Positions 51,261 to 63,269 of a stretch of DNA of 64,000 bases are shown here, in pieces. The position numbers and the translations under genes were made by a program. The number at the start of each line of letters is the position of its first letter. Position 1 is the stretch's first letter. Location of the stretch: positions 1-64,000 of the forward strand of contig QPGO01000223.1 in the NCBI GenBank assembly GCA_008632985.1, read 5' to 3'. This DNA comes from Psammoneis japonica (taxonomy: Eukaryota). The notes beneath the pieces were generated by a model. The model had not been told where the DNA came from. It searched no databases and worked only from the letters and a program-made list of their open reading frames with translations.

Positions 51261-53642
51261 ACACGTTTCAACCCAAGATGACACCTCGAGCTCCCCGACG
51301 TGCCATGTGCGCACACGACGTCTGCTCCGAGGAACCGTCCGACGATGTGTTCTGCAACATTGACAGCGACATTGACGTCCTTCAGGCCAATGCTGCCTGC
51401 ACCCGTGGTCCCAGCCTCGCCGGTGACCAATGGAAATGTCTCCCTCCCGACCACCAACAGATTTGGGATTCGTTGCCCCATTCCTCCAAGGCGATCATCC
51501 TTGAGCATTCTCGTCCGCCTCCCCACAACCCGCGAGCCAGCAACTGCCATGAGTCCGTTGCGGCCAACCTTCACGACCAACGCCTTGGGAGTGACGGTGA
51601 TGTCAACTTGTCCAACACGACTCCTGCTGACTCTGGTGACCCCGCTCCAAATGTGGGTGCCACTTCGGACAATCCCATCCTGGCGCACCTCACCAAGCGC
51701 AAGCCACTGCCACCCGGTGATCTGCAATGTCTGTTGTCTCCTAACCAAGCCCCCAACGCCAGTCAACCGGGGCCATCCGCCGCTCCCTCTACTCCGCCAG
51801 CTGCTGCCGATGACATGGAACTTAACGGCCGCACTTGCCGCCGCGTTGATGACCACAATGTCATTTGCTCTGCCTCTGCTCATCGCTCCACACGCACTGG
51901 TGCTCCAGTCGATCGTGGGGCCAATGGCGGCATTGCTGGCAACAACGTTTGCATCATTGCACGCACCTCTTGCCAAGTCGACGTTCAGGGCATTGACGAC
52001 CATCAATTGGTGGACATCCCCATTGTCGCCGCTGGTGCCGTCATTGAGACCCAGCGTGGTCCCGTCATTGCCATCCTCCATCAGTGCGCATGCACGGGCA
52101 AGGGCAAGACCATCCATTCCTGCGGCCAGCTCGAATGGCACAAACAGGATGTCAACGATCGCTCTGTCAAGGTGCCCAACGGCTTGCAACGTGTTGCCAC
52201 TCCTGATGGCTGTGTCATCCCCATTGACATCAAGGGCGGCCTGCCTTGTGTTGCCATGCGACCTTGCACTGATGCCGAATGGGACACCCTGCCCCATGTC
52301 ATCCTCACCGGTGATGACACATGGGATCCTTCCGTCCTCGATCACTCTGTCACTGACGACGACCAGTGGTGCGACGCGATCTCTGACCTGCAGGACGATC
52401 CCACTGCCAACCCATTTGACGAATGCGGCAACTGCCGTCATCGTGTTGTTGTCAACGAGACCATCATGTCCGCTTCCTTGTCTGCCGATCACGCGTCCGC
52501 CCTCGATGATCACCTCATTCCAAATGACGACGTGTTCTGTGAGTGTCATCCACACGCGATTGACCCCAAGGATGACAACGTTCCGCCCCCGGAGTGCACT
52601 GTGCAGCCCAAGGACCCCCCCTTCGAGTCTCTTCGGCCTTGCTTTGGCTTCCTCCCTGCCGATGCGGTCCGTCGCACTTTTGACTGCACCACGCAGTGCG
52701 TCCGCATGCCCGCCGGCACACACCTTAGGAAGGCCTGCAAATCACCCAACCCCGCCCTTAATGTGCACCGCCGCAACGAGCCTGTCGCCACTGACACCGT
52801 TTGTGCCGACACCCCGGCCGTCGACTCTGGTTGCGCCAGCGCCCAACTGTTTGTTGGCACCAAGTCTACCGTCACTGACGTCTGCGGCACCAAGACGGAC
52901 AAAGAGTTTGTCAACACACTCGAGGATCAGATCCGGGAGCGTGGTGCCCCATCCAAACTCATCAGCGACCGTGCTCAAGTTGAGATCAGCAACAAGGTGC
53001 TCGGGATCCTACGAGCCCTCTTCATCTCCAGCTGGCAAAGTGAGCCTCACCAGCAACACCAAAACTTTGCCGAGCATCAACACCAGACCGTGAAGCGCAT
53101 GGCGAACACTGCAATGGATCGTTTTGGTTTGCCCGCCCACACATGGCTGCTGGCGCTCATGCATGTGTGCTTCACACTCAACCACACAGCATCCCCACAT
53201 CTCCACTGGCGCACGCCCCTCGAGACTCTCACTGGCTCCACCCCGGACATCAGCCCATTGCTTCGCTTTCACTGGTGGGAACCTGTGTGCTTCCACCTCG
53301 ATGACTCCGATTGGCCGTCCGAATCCCGTGAGTTGCGTGGATGCTTTGTTGGCATTGCTGAGCACGTTGGCCACCAGATGACCTTCAAGATTCTCTCTGA
53401 CGAGACTCAGAAGATCCTCTGCCGGTCCAACGTACGATCCGCTGCCACCGATCCTGCCATTCGAAACCTGCGTCTTGATCCTCCTGATGGGGAGCCACCT
53501 GAACCCATCATCAAATCTCGCCATGACGACAACCCCGTCGATTCTCCTGATGGGGAGATCAGGACACCCAAGATGCCAGTTTTCGATCCGCAAGACATCA
53601 TTGGACGCACCTTCCTCATGCAGCCACAAGAGGACAGACAAC

Positions 53643-56600
53643 TGCAGTGTGCCTCGCTGCTGGACAACACGGCGAGACCGTGCGTGAGCCTCTTGTACGT
53701 GGCAACGCAGTGTTGTTAACACGCACCTGGGAAGCACGACCACAGGAGGGCGTGGCTCTAGGTCTCAGGCAATTCCAGAAGGATGCCAAGAGAGCATCCG
53801 TGTGAAGCACACTGGCCCGTCGTCTGGCCCACGATGGCAGCGTGATTCCACACGATGACATCACTCGTGCATGGCGTGTGATGGCTTGATTCGCACGATC
53901 CACAATGCGAACGCACGATCGATCCAATGCGATCCAAATGCGAACGAATGCGGATTTGGCAAGATGCCCTGTTCGCACAATCCCATTTTCTCTACTCCAA
54001 ACTAGCTCACAATTTTCGCAACGACAAAGTCGCAACACATCTTCTTTTTCAGCGCCTGGTGCACACACAGGGCACAGCAATGTCACTCCCGCATGTTGTG
54101 CGAGGCAACGAAATCTACAGAAACGAAACTACGAAATGTTGGCAGGACCGACAAATCTTAAAACGACCATGAAGAAGCGGATTAAGCCGCCGATTCCGTT
54201 CGCACGGCCGGAGAAGAAAGAGCTGCAGCAGGGCGAGCACCAGACGTTCAAGCTACGTAACAACCCTGCTGATCCGGACAGTCCAACGCACGAGATGGGC
54301 ATTCCGTGCCTTTCTACGGCTACATGCGAGACACTCCCAATCTTTCTACGCAACGTGGATCGCGTGCACGAAGGACAAAACATCACGACCGGGCCAGCGA
54401 AATTTGCCCTTGTGCGTGACCTGCCACAGGGCGATGCTCTGACGTCATTCAATGATGCCGCTGACAAGCAGGCATCCCAAACCAACACTGCGTGCGCAGC
54501 ATGCGTCGCGAAGCTAAAGGAAAGTGTCTTGCCACACAGGGCAGCACTGTTGCAGAAGCGTCATCTGCGGCGCTTCATGCGCAAGCCCGCAGAGGTTTCT
54601 GCTCGTGACTGCGTCACGAGGGCTGTTGAAATTAACGGCTGTGTCTCTCAGTTTCCACCCGTGACAGAGGATGGAGAAACACCGGCACCATCACCTGATG
54701 ACGAACTGTGTGACATGTTTGAGTGCGGTGTGCCGAACGCATGGCAGAAGTTCATGACGCCACAGAATTTTGACCCGTTGGCACATGCTGTTGCCGAATT
54801 TGCACAGTTCTGCGAGTGCACCGAGCAGGTCGAGCTCACCGAAGGTAACCGCGACCAACATGCTGGGGTCCCACGTGAGCGGGGACGTAGAACGGACAGT
54901 TCTGAGTCGTTGATCACGACCCAACCGAACACCCACGTGAAATGTGTCAAGACTGGACATTCCAGCAATGGAGGCAGCAAGCCTGACACAAAACCTCGGA
55001 ATGAGGAAGATGTCAACACTCTCATCGAATCGAAGGTCGAGGAGTTCTTTGCCAACGCTCAGAAAAAGTGCAAGGCACGCGAGGAGGAGCTCAATCACTT
55101 CCGCGACCTCAACTTAAGTGATTCCAAAGACTCGGACACTTGCCGACACGACACAGGTGGTTTTAACACATTGGATGAATGCATTGATGAACAACTGAAC
55201 TACCATCGTACACGTGTTGCAGGCCAATCCCGCAAACAAGTTAAAAAGACTCATCTCACTCCAATCTTGTTTGTGGCTGTGAATGCCAAACATGGCAAGG
55301 GCAAGACTCAAACTGTTGAGGCACTGCTGGATGGTGGCGCCAGCAGCACTCTACTCGACAGTCGACACTGCAAACGTCTGCGAAGCCATTCAACGGCTGA
55401 GACAAATTGGACCACGGTGGCAGGCTCGTTCAGTGCGTCTGACGACTGCACCGTTAAATTTCGGTCACCAGAATTGTCCGAAACTGCAGAACTCAAGCAT
55501 GCCGTCCATGCACACAACGGAAAGTTGGGCAAGTGCGATGTGATTGTTGGGGTGTGACATTCTGGAGACACAAGGCATTGATGTTGTCTTCTCCAAACAG
55601 ATGACAGAGTGGCCATTGGTCAATGGAGAAGTGCCAATGAGGCACGCAGATGCTACGGTGGAAAACCTCCTTCTATCTTCAAGATCCAGAAGCCTCATCT
55701 TCGGAAACCGACCGGATTTTGCGCATTTCAGACGCCAAGCACGTGCCGGCCTGCCTCAAGGACATGACGCGAGGGGCAATGGGACTTTCCACAGTTCAAC
55801 AAAACGACCTTTTGGCACTGTTGAAACGCCATGAGTCCTCATTTGATGGGACATTGGGAGAATGGAAGGGAGAACCCTGCCACATCCAACTCAAGGAGGG
55901 TGCAGAACCATGCCACGCTCGTCCATGTAAAGTGCCTCGTGCGTACGAAGCTGCGCCACGTAAAGAAGTAGAACGCCTGGCACGTGTCGGTGTTCTCAAA
56001 CGCGTCAACCGATCCCAATGGGCAGCTCCATCATTTGTCACACCGAAGAAAGATTTAATGGCACGCTTTGTCAATGATTTCAGAGAGCTGAACAAACGGA
56101 TCAAGCGATTGCCTTGTCTGATTCCTCATGTCCAAGATGTGCCACTTGAGCTCGAAGGCTTTGTGTGGGCTACATCGCTGGATTTAAACATGGGCCATCA
56201 TCACATCCGATTGGATGCTGACAGCAAAAAAGCTCTGCACGCTCATCTTCCCGTGGGGCAAGCATGAGATGCAGGCATTGCCCATGGGACTGTGCAACTC
56301 GCCAGACATTTTCCAAGAACGCATGTCAGGCTCATTTGAAGATCTGTCGTTCGTTCGAACGCACTCAGATGACCTTCTCGTCGTGACGAAAGGCACCCAC
56401 GAAGATCACCTCAACAAACTTGAAGAAGTTTTGTTGAGGGTCCAGAAAGCAGGACTAAAAGTCAACGCAACTAAATCTCACTTCTGTCAAACCCAATTAG
56501 AGTGCTTGGGTCATCTGGTCAACAGAGACGGAATGCGACCAACACCTGATAAAGTCGACGCCATCAAGCGAATCGCGACCCCAACCAACAAACGTGACCT

Positions 56601-58851
56601 CCGTTCATTTGTTGGCATGGCGAGCTGCTGCCGCGACACATGGATCAGATGTTCTGAAGTCTTGGCTCTGCTGACACGACTCGCAAGCGAGACTGTCAAG
56701 TGGGAGTGGACGTCCGTTGAAGACGAGGCGTTCGAAACCGTCAAACGGGTGACATCGGATGATGTTTCACCGTCACAACCTGATTTTAACAAACCCTTTG
56801 AGACACATGCCGATGCCTCTAAATGTCAATTGGGAGCAGTCACATCCCAAGACAATAAACCCATCGCCTTTTACAGCAGAAAGCTTGACAGTGCGCAATT
56901 AAATTGCACAACAACGGAGAGAGAATTGCTCGCCATTGTGGAGACGTTGAAAGAATTTCGAACGATTCTCCCTGGTCATCGTGTGATCATGTGTGCTGAT
57001 CATAAAAATCTTACGTACAAAGTGTTCAATGCTGAGCGCGTTATGCACTGGCGGTTAACATGCGAAGAATGCGGTCCCGAATTGCGCCATGTCAAGGGTG
57101 CCCACAACCCAGTCGCTGACGCTCTTGGTCGCCTTCGACTGGCACCCAGCTTGCCTTCCGAGGCTAATCCGGATGTAAAAGACACTCCATCGAGTCGTCC
57201 TTTGCATGAAGCCTTTAATGCAGACGCTCAAGATGAGCCATCTCTGCCTGTTAGCTTCAAGCGCATTCAAAAAGCACAACAAAAGGACAAGCGCCTACTC
57301 TCACGAGCTAAGGACTCGTCCGACTACTCCATTCGCGCGTATCGTGGGGGAGGGTCATCACGACAGTTAATCTGTCATAAGGACAAAATCGTAGTACCAC
57401 AGTCATTGCAGGTTCCGCTAACTGAATGGTGCCACGAGACACTGTGTCATCCAGGTGAGACACGTACGGAAATATCTATTGCCCAGCACTTCCATTGGCC
57501 TAGCATGAGGTCTACGGTGCATTCTACGTGCGTTAAGTGCGATCGATGCCAGAAGACAAAACGCCGAACGCAGCGTTATGGGAAGCTACCAGAAAAGGTC
57601 ACAGAGATAATTCCATGGGAGACTCTATGCATAGATATGATAGGGCCATATAAAATTCAAAGACGCGGAAAGGACACCTTGCAATTATGGGCAGTCACAA
57701 TGATTGACCCAGCAACCGGGTGGTTCGAGATTAAAGAAGTGTCTACGAAACGCGCAGACGTCGTAGCAAACGTCGTGGAACAAACGTGGCTATGCAGATA
57801 TCCGTGGCCAACCCAGGTAGTTTATGACCGTGGGACAGAATTTATGGCAGAATTTAGCCAGATGATTAAAAATGACTATGGGATTTTGAAGAAACCCATA
57901 AGTAAACGGAATCCACAGGCAAATGCCATAGTGGAACGTGTACACCAGACACTTGGTAACATGGTACGTTCCTTTTCAGTACAGGATATGGAACTGGACG
58001 AAGATGACCCATGGAGTGGCATCCTCTCCGCAGTAGCCTTCGCTATTAGAGCTACGGTACACACGACCACGCGTGCAAGTCCCATGCAATTGGTCTTCGG
58101 ACGCGATGCGGTTTTATCTATTGCCTATTTCGCTAAGTGGAAGTGCATAGAAACCAGAAAGCAGAAGCTTATCCACTTAAACAACAAGCGTGAAAATCAG
58201 AAACGCAAGGAGTATCAATATACCGTAGGGCAATTGGTACTTATCAAACAGGAACAATCCTCTAAATACGGTTCTGACAGCTATGCAGGACCCGCCAGAG
58301 TTGTCGGCACGTTGCGTGTCCAGAACGGAGCGCTGATAGATACGTACAATCTACGGCAGATTGTACCCTATCACCAGTAAGACATTCTGTCACTTAACGG
58401 CCCTGATCATGGGGGAGTGTGCAGTATGCCTCGCTACTGGACAACACGGCGAGACCGTGCATAAGCCTCTTGTACGTGGCAACGTAGCATTGTTAACACG
58501 TACCTGGGAAGCACGACCACAGGAGGGCGTGGCTCTAGGTCTTAGGCAATTCCAGAAGGATGCTAAGAGAGCATCCGTGTGAAGCACACTAGCCCGTCGT
58601 CTGGCCCACGATGGTGGCGTGATTCCACACGATGACATCACTCGTGCATGGCGCGCGATGGCTTGATTCGCACGATCCACAATGCGAACGCACGATCGAT
58701 TTAATGCGATCCAAATGCGAGCGAATGGGGATTTGGCAAGATCCCCTGTTCGCACGATCCCATTTTCTCTACTCTAAACTAGCTCACAATTTTCACAACG
58801 ACAAAGTCGCAACACATCTTCTTTTTCAGCGCCTGGCACATGCACAGGGCA
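53643..58851 (+). mobile_element. Ty3/gypsy LTR retrotransposon, copy 2 (same family as copy 1), nested in copia pol
   Basis: 432-bp LTRs at 53643-54074 and 58420-58851, TSD CAAC (53639-53642 / 58852-58855), PPT at 58411-58417. Gag from 54136; pol ends at TAA 58378-58380. Confidence 0.96.
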
Positions 58852-60625
58852 CAACGCCACAGAGCTCGCATCGTCAAGGCCGTCGAAGACCATGAATGGA
58901 AAGTGAGTGGCAATCCCAAGCTCACCAAGTTCGTCTGCTCTGTCAACAACGACAAATGCGAGGAAGTCCTTGCCTGCGACGACATCATGAATCACATTGA
59001 GCAAGAAGACGAAGACACTGCTGTTTGGAAATTTCGATGCATCGTGTCACACGAAGGACCTCTGAAGCCTCATGACCCAACCTGGAAAGGCACAAGCTAC
59101 AACATCATGCTTGAATGGGAAAGTGGGGAGATCACGTCCGAGCCTCTTGCCATCATCGCCAAGGATGACCCCATCACCTGCGCCATCTGTGCACAAGAGA
59201 ACGGACTTCTCGACACTGATGGCTGGAAGCAGTTCCGCACCATTGCGAGGTGCCAAAAGAAGCCATTTCGCATGGCCAACCAAGCCAAGCTTCACTCCTT
59301 CCGCACTGCACCTCGCTGCAAGTGCGGATGCGAAGTTCCCCGGAACTGCAAACACGCCATGTCACTGGACGAACGCAACGGCAACCGCAAATGGGGAGAC
59401 GCAACTAATCTCAAGATGGACCAACTCAAGGAATACGAAGTCTTCCATGACTGTGGGCCCTTCAAGTCTTCCACTCCTCCTGCGGGACACAAGAAGATCC
59501 GAGTGCACCTGGTGTACGACGTGAAACACGACGGTCGCCACAAGGCACGACTCGCAGCCGATGGGCACCTCACGGACGCACCCATCGACAGTGTCTGCTC
59601 CAGAGCAGTCTCCCTCCGTGGCCTTCGGCTGATGATTTTCCTGGCCAAACTCAACGAGTTGGAGACATGGGCCACTGACATTGGCAATGCCTGCCTTGAA
59701 GCCACCACCAAGGAGAAGCTCTGCATTGCAGCCGGACCCGAATTTGGCAAACTCGAAGGACACATCCTTGTCATCCACAAGGCCCTGCATGGACTGCGCA
59801 GCTCTGGTCTCCACTGGAGAAGGGTGACCACCCCGAACTGGACACTTCCGAACTGCTGGGGCCCGATGGCATTCACAAGTTCCAGCCTCTTGTTGGTTCA
59901 CTCCAATGGGCAGTGTCCCTTGGTCGAATTGACATTGCCACGGCCATCATGTCACTCTCTAGCTTCCGAGCTGCGCCCCGTCAAGGCCACTTGGATCATG
60001 CCAAACGCGTCTGTGGGTGCCTCTCCAAGATGCGACACGGCGCTCTCCACCTTCGCACGGAAGAGCCCGACCACTCGGATCTCCCTGCTCTGGCCTGTGA
60101 GTGGATGCATTCCGTGTGCGGCGAAGCAGAAGAGAAGATCCCGAAGGACGCTCCACCGCCCCTTGGCAAGTTCGTCACTGCCACCCACTGCGTCGATGCA
60201 AACTTGTGCCATTGCATGCTCACCGGACGCTCTGTCATGGGAGTGCTCCACTTCCTCAACAAATTCCCGGCTGATTGGTGTCAGTGGGATCGGCGTCCTG
60301 GGAAGGCGATGGGGAAGAACCACGAGGCATCATCATGGTCGAGTCGACAAAACGCGTGTTTTTTGTGCGGAGAAAAAGAGCTCCCGAAAGTGCGCTTCCG
60401 ACCCCTCGGTTTTTGGTGGTTAGAGTTTTAGGGGAGCTGTGGAATAGGAATTTTTACTTATGGAATATACACATTCGTGTGAATGTTAACATTAAAACTC
60501 AACGCACGGCGAAGCCGTGCGCGCACAACCACGCACACACACACAGCTCCCCTACCACAGGGGTGGGACAAAATATCCGGCATTGTCGAATTTTTACATC
60601 AGCATAAATCATAAAATTCAGAACG

Positions 60626-62936
60626 ATGAAGCTTTTTCATGCTGTTGCTTCACTTTTCGTCATTGTTGCGACGAACGTTGGTGTCGTGGCTCTTGGAGAG
60701 CAAATCATGTCGGTAAGTCTTTCAATGTCATGTTTTCTGTAGGATACCAGTATCATATGCAATTGAAATGCATGCATCCCTTGAGATCGTTTATGTACTA
60801 TTTCCAACATTATTTCGTTTTGAAGTGCGCCAGTGAAGAGGACGCTTGTCTTCCCGTAATACCCCGCCGAAGTCCTTCCGAGCTTGAAGCTTGCTTTTCT
60901 ACTGACTTTCCAGGTGGGAAGGAGAAGCTCGTGACGCATGTGGAGGGACAGGTCCAAGTTCGAAAGATTACGTATCCCCAAGATGGAAAGGCATACTTTG
61001 ATGCCCGTGGATACCATCAGTTCCAGGACCGATACCCCGCGGCCATCTTTATGGCGGAGAACGAGGACGAAATCGTTAAAGCCGTCAAATGTGCCACGAG
61101 GGCAGGTTACCAAATCTCTCCTAGAGGCAGAGGACATCACTACCAGGGTTTATCCAGCATGGACGGATACGTTGTCATTGACTGCAGCCTTCTCTGCGAT
61201 CCCGAAAACTTTGTTCTCGAACGAACCAATGACGATTGGCTACTCCCAGGACAAAAGGTGATTGGTACGGTCCAAGGTGGATCCGGTTGTACCAATGCCG
61301 TTATGCTTGCATACGCACACAAGAACTTTGCTGCGGAGGAAGGTGCTGTGTATGCCATAGGAACTTGCCCATCTGTAGGGATTACTGGTATGTATTGGAC
61401 TCGTGTGTTCTCTCTCTCTCCGCCCCTCTTGATAATTCTGCATGCACATTTTGACATGTCGTTATCAAATGTGTATCATATCCATTCTCTGCCTTGGTAG
61501 GCTACACGACTGGAGGAGGCGCTGGTGACGCTACGCCATACGTTGGCTGGGGCGCAGATGACATCGTGGAGGTCAAGATGGTCCTGTACGATGGCACGCA
61601 GATCACAGCAAACAAGGATGAAAATCCTGACCTTTTCTGGGCTACACAAGGTGGCGGAAGTGGGGTCGGAGTTATCACCTCCCTCAAGACTGTGATCGTC
61701 CAGTCCCCCCAGCCACCACAGAGATCTACAAGGAAATTCACTTTCTTAGAGCGATTGGTGCTTGGTACTCCAGACGATACCACCCGTAAAGAAACACTGA
61801 AGTCATTGCAAAATTTCTTGTATGAAGCTGATCCAATCGAAAGCAGCAGATTCGGTGGGGGGGTTGAGATCCAGGAAGGTTTTCTGGGCTTTTCAGGCAT
61901 ATTCTTAGGAAGTGTCGAAGAGCTCACTGCTATCTTTGCCAAGCATGGGCTGCTAAACGAGCCTTTGGTTGGTGGACCCACTGTTTTCTTCAAGAATTAC
62001 AGCGCAGTATCTTCCAACGACTTCCCGGACGGTCTCCCAGCTTCTGGTTTCGTAGTAGACGGTGGCCCACCTTCTGCTATCGCAGTACATGAATTTAACT
62101 CCTACGGAGAAGCAATGTTATCCAAAATTTGTACTGATGTGGCAAATACGGACAATATGGTCATAATGACACACACAACTGGTGATTGGTGTGCCGATTT
62201 GAACATCACCACTGAGAAGTGTTCTGAATCATTTGTTATGGACGTAGTACCTGTACGAAAGCCGAGCTGTATTGATCCTGAGGTCATCGGCGCCATTGTT
62301 GAAGCTGCTTATAACCCCCTCAGCTTCCTTAACCGCGCTCCTGTGTCTGTGGAGACTATGATACGCCTTGGCCTTGACAATGAGACTGCACTTGGATTTT
62401 CCAGGCGCCTACAGAGTTCTGCAAACGGAGGTCTTCTCATCCCAAAAGTAGACATCGATACGTTGAATGAAATTGCAAAGATTGGCATTATGGTGAACCA
62501 TTTCCAACATGGCGCACCTATGGCAAGAGCAAGCAACGCAACTGCCTTTCCTTGGCGGGATGTGGCTATAATGACAGAATTCAATTTCGGTGAGGAGCAT
62601 AGGAACAAATTAACAGCTCTTCTCTCTGATTTCTACGGCGACAAGACGAAACTCCAGGGATACTACAACTATATGAATCCTATTGGCAATCCCAACTGGC
62701 GGTATTACTACTTTGGAGACAACTACGCACGCCTTTCCGAGATCAAGGCCAAGTACGATCCTTTTAACTTTTTCGGCAACCCTCAGCAAGTCGAGCCCTC
62801 TGTTCCCAACCAGGTCACTACTGCTCGTGGTACCAACTTTGGAGCATCTAGCGCCATTCACTCTACTGCAATGTTTGGCATGTATCGTTCAGTCATGGCT
62901 GTCTTCGTGGCAGCTTTGATCAACGGTATCGCCTGA
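60626..62936 (+). CDS. Secreted FAD-linked oxidase, berberine-bridge-enzyme-like. Exons 60626-60712, 60826-61387, 61501-62936
   Basis: Signal peptide MKLFHAVASLFVIVATNVGVVA; RGRGHHYQG flavinylation motif; GTCPSVGITGYTTGGG; ENPDLFWATQGGG; C-terminal YYNY...YFGDNYARLSEIKAKYDPFNFF; hydrophobic tail. Confidence 0.9.
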
Positions 62937-63269
62937 AACTTCGAAGTTCGAACGTATGCGGGGGAATTGGCCCTATTCCTCTAGGCATTCTTTTCGGGCA
63001 AGACCTGTTCTTGCTATCGATAGTGACTTTCTTTTCAGTACAAGTAAATTAATGTTGCTTTGGTCAAGCGTACTGCATTCCCCAAAACAGAAAATGAGTT
63101 CGCATTAGTTTTTTCTTCATACATTTCTCCGATAAGAACAAGAGCTGGGCTATGGTTTTCTGTAAAAGAAGAAAAGTGATTGCTGCTATTTTGCTTTCCT
63201 CGCACTATTCTCCAGAGCGATGTGGATAATTGAATTGGAGACAAACAGAAGAACGACGATTCCATCGCC

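Larger units (their letters stand above)
49716..60281 (+). mobile_element. Second copia (CoDi-like) element; interrupted by a MITE and gypsy copy 2; internal RT deletion; 3'-truncated; LTRs not identified
   Basis: Gag from ATG 49716 (MVLTRQ...FKRGIKRD); protease VDRGANGG; integrase ATDTV...SDRAQVE...SEPHQQHQNFAE; resumes at 58856 with VHLVYDVKHDGRHKARL, DIGNACLEA, ALHGLRSSG; jumps at ~59817 to EKGDHPELD; ends in RNase H (VDANL...TGRSV). Confidence 0.88.

Noticed and set aside
51092..53743. Long antisense and alternative-frame ORFs (e.g. 51092-52723, 51300-53093, also 1355-2209)
   Set aside because: They overlap recognisable TE genes or repeats and are expected once TAA/TAG are erased; no motifs.
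57250..58600. Classical RIP (CpA->TpA) acting on the TA-rich tract
   Set aside because: The TA-rich version has canonical residues and no premature stops, while the TA-poor versions break conserved motifs, so TA is ancestral.
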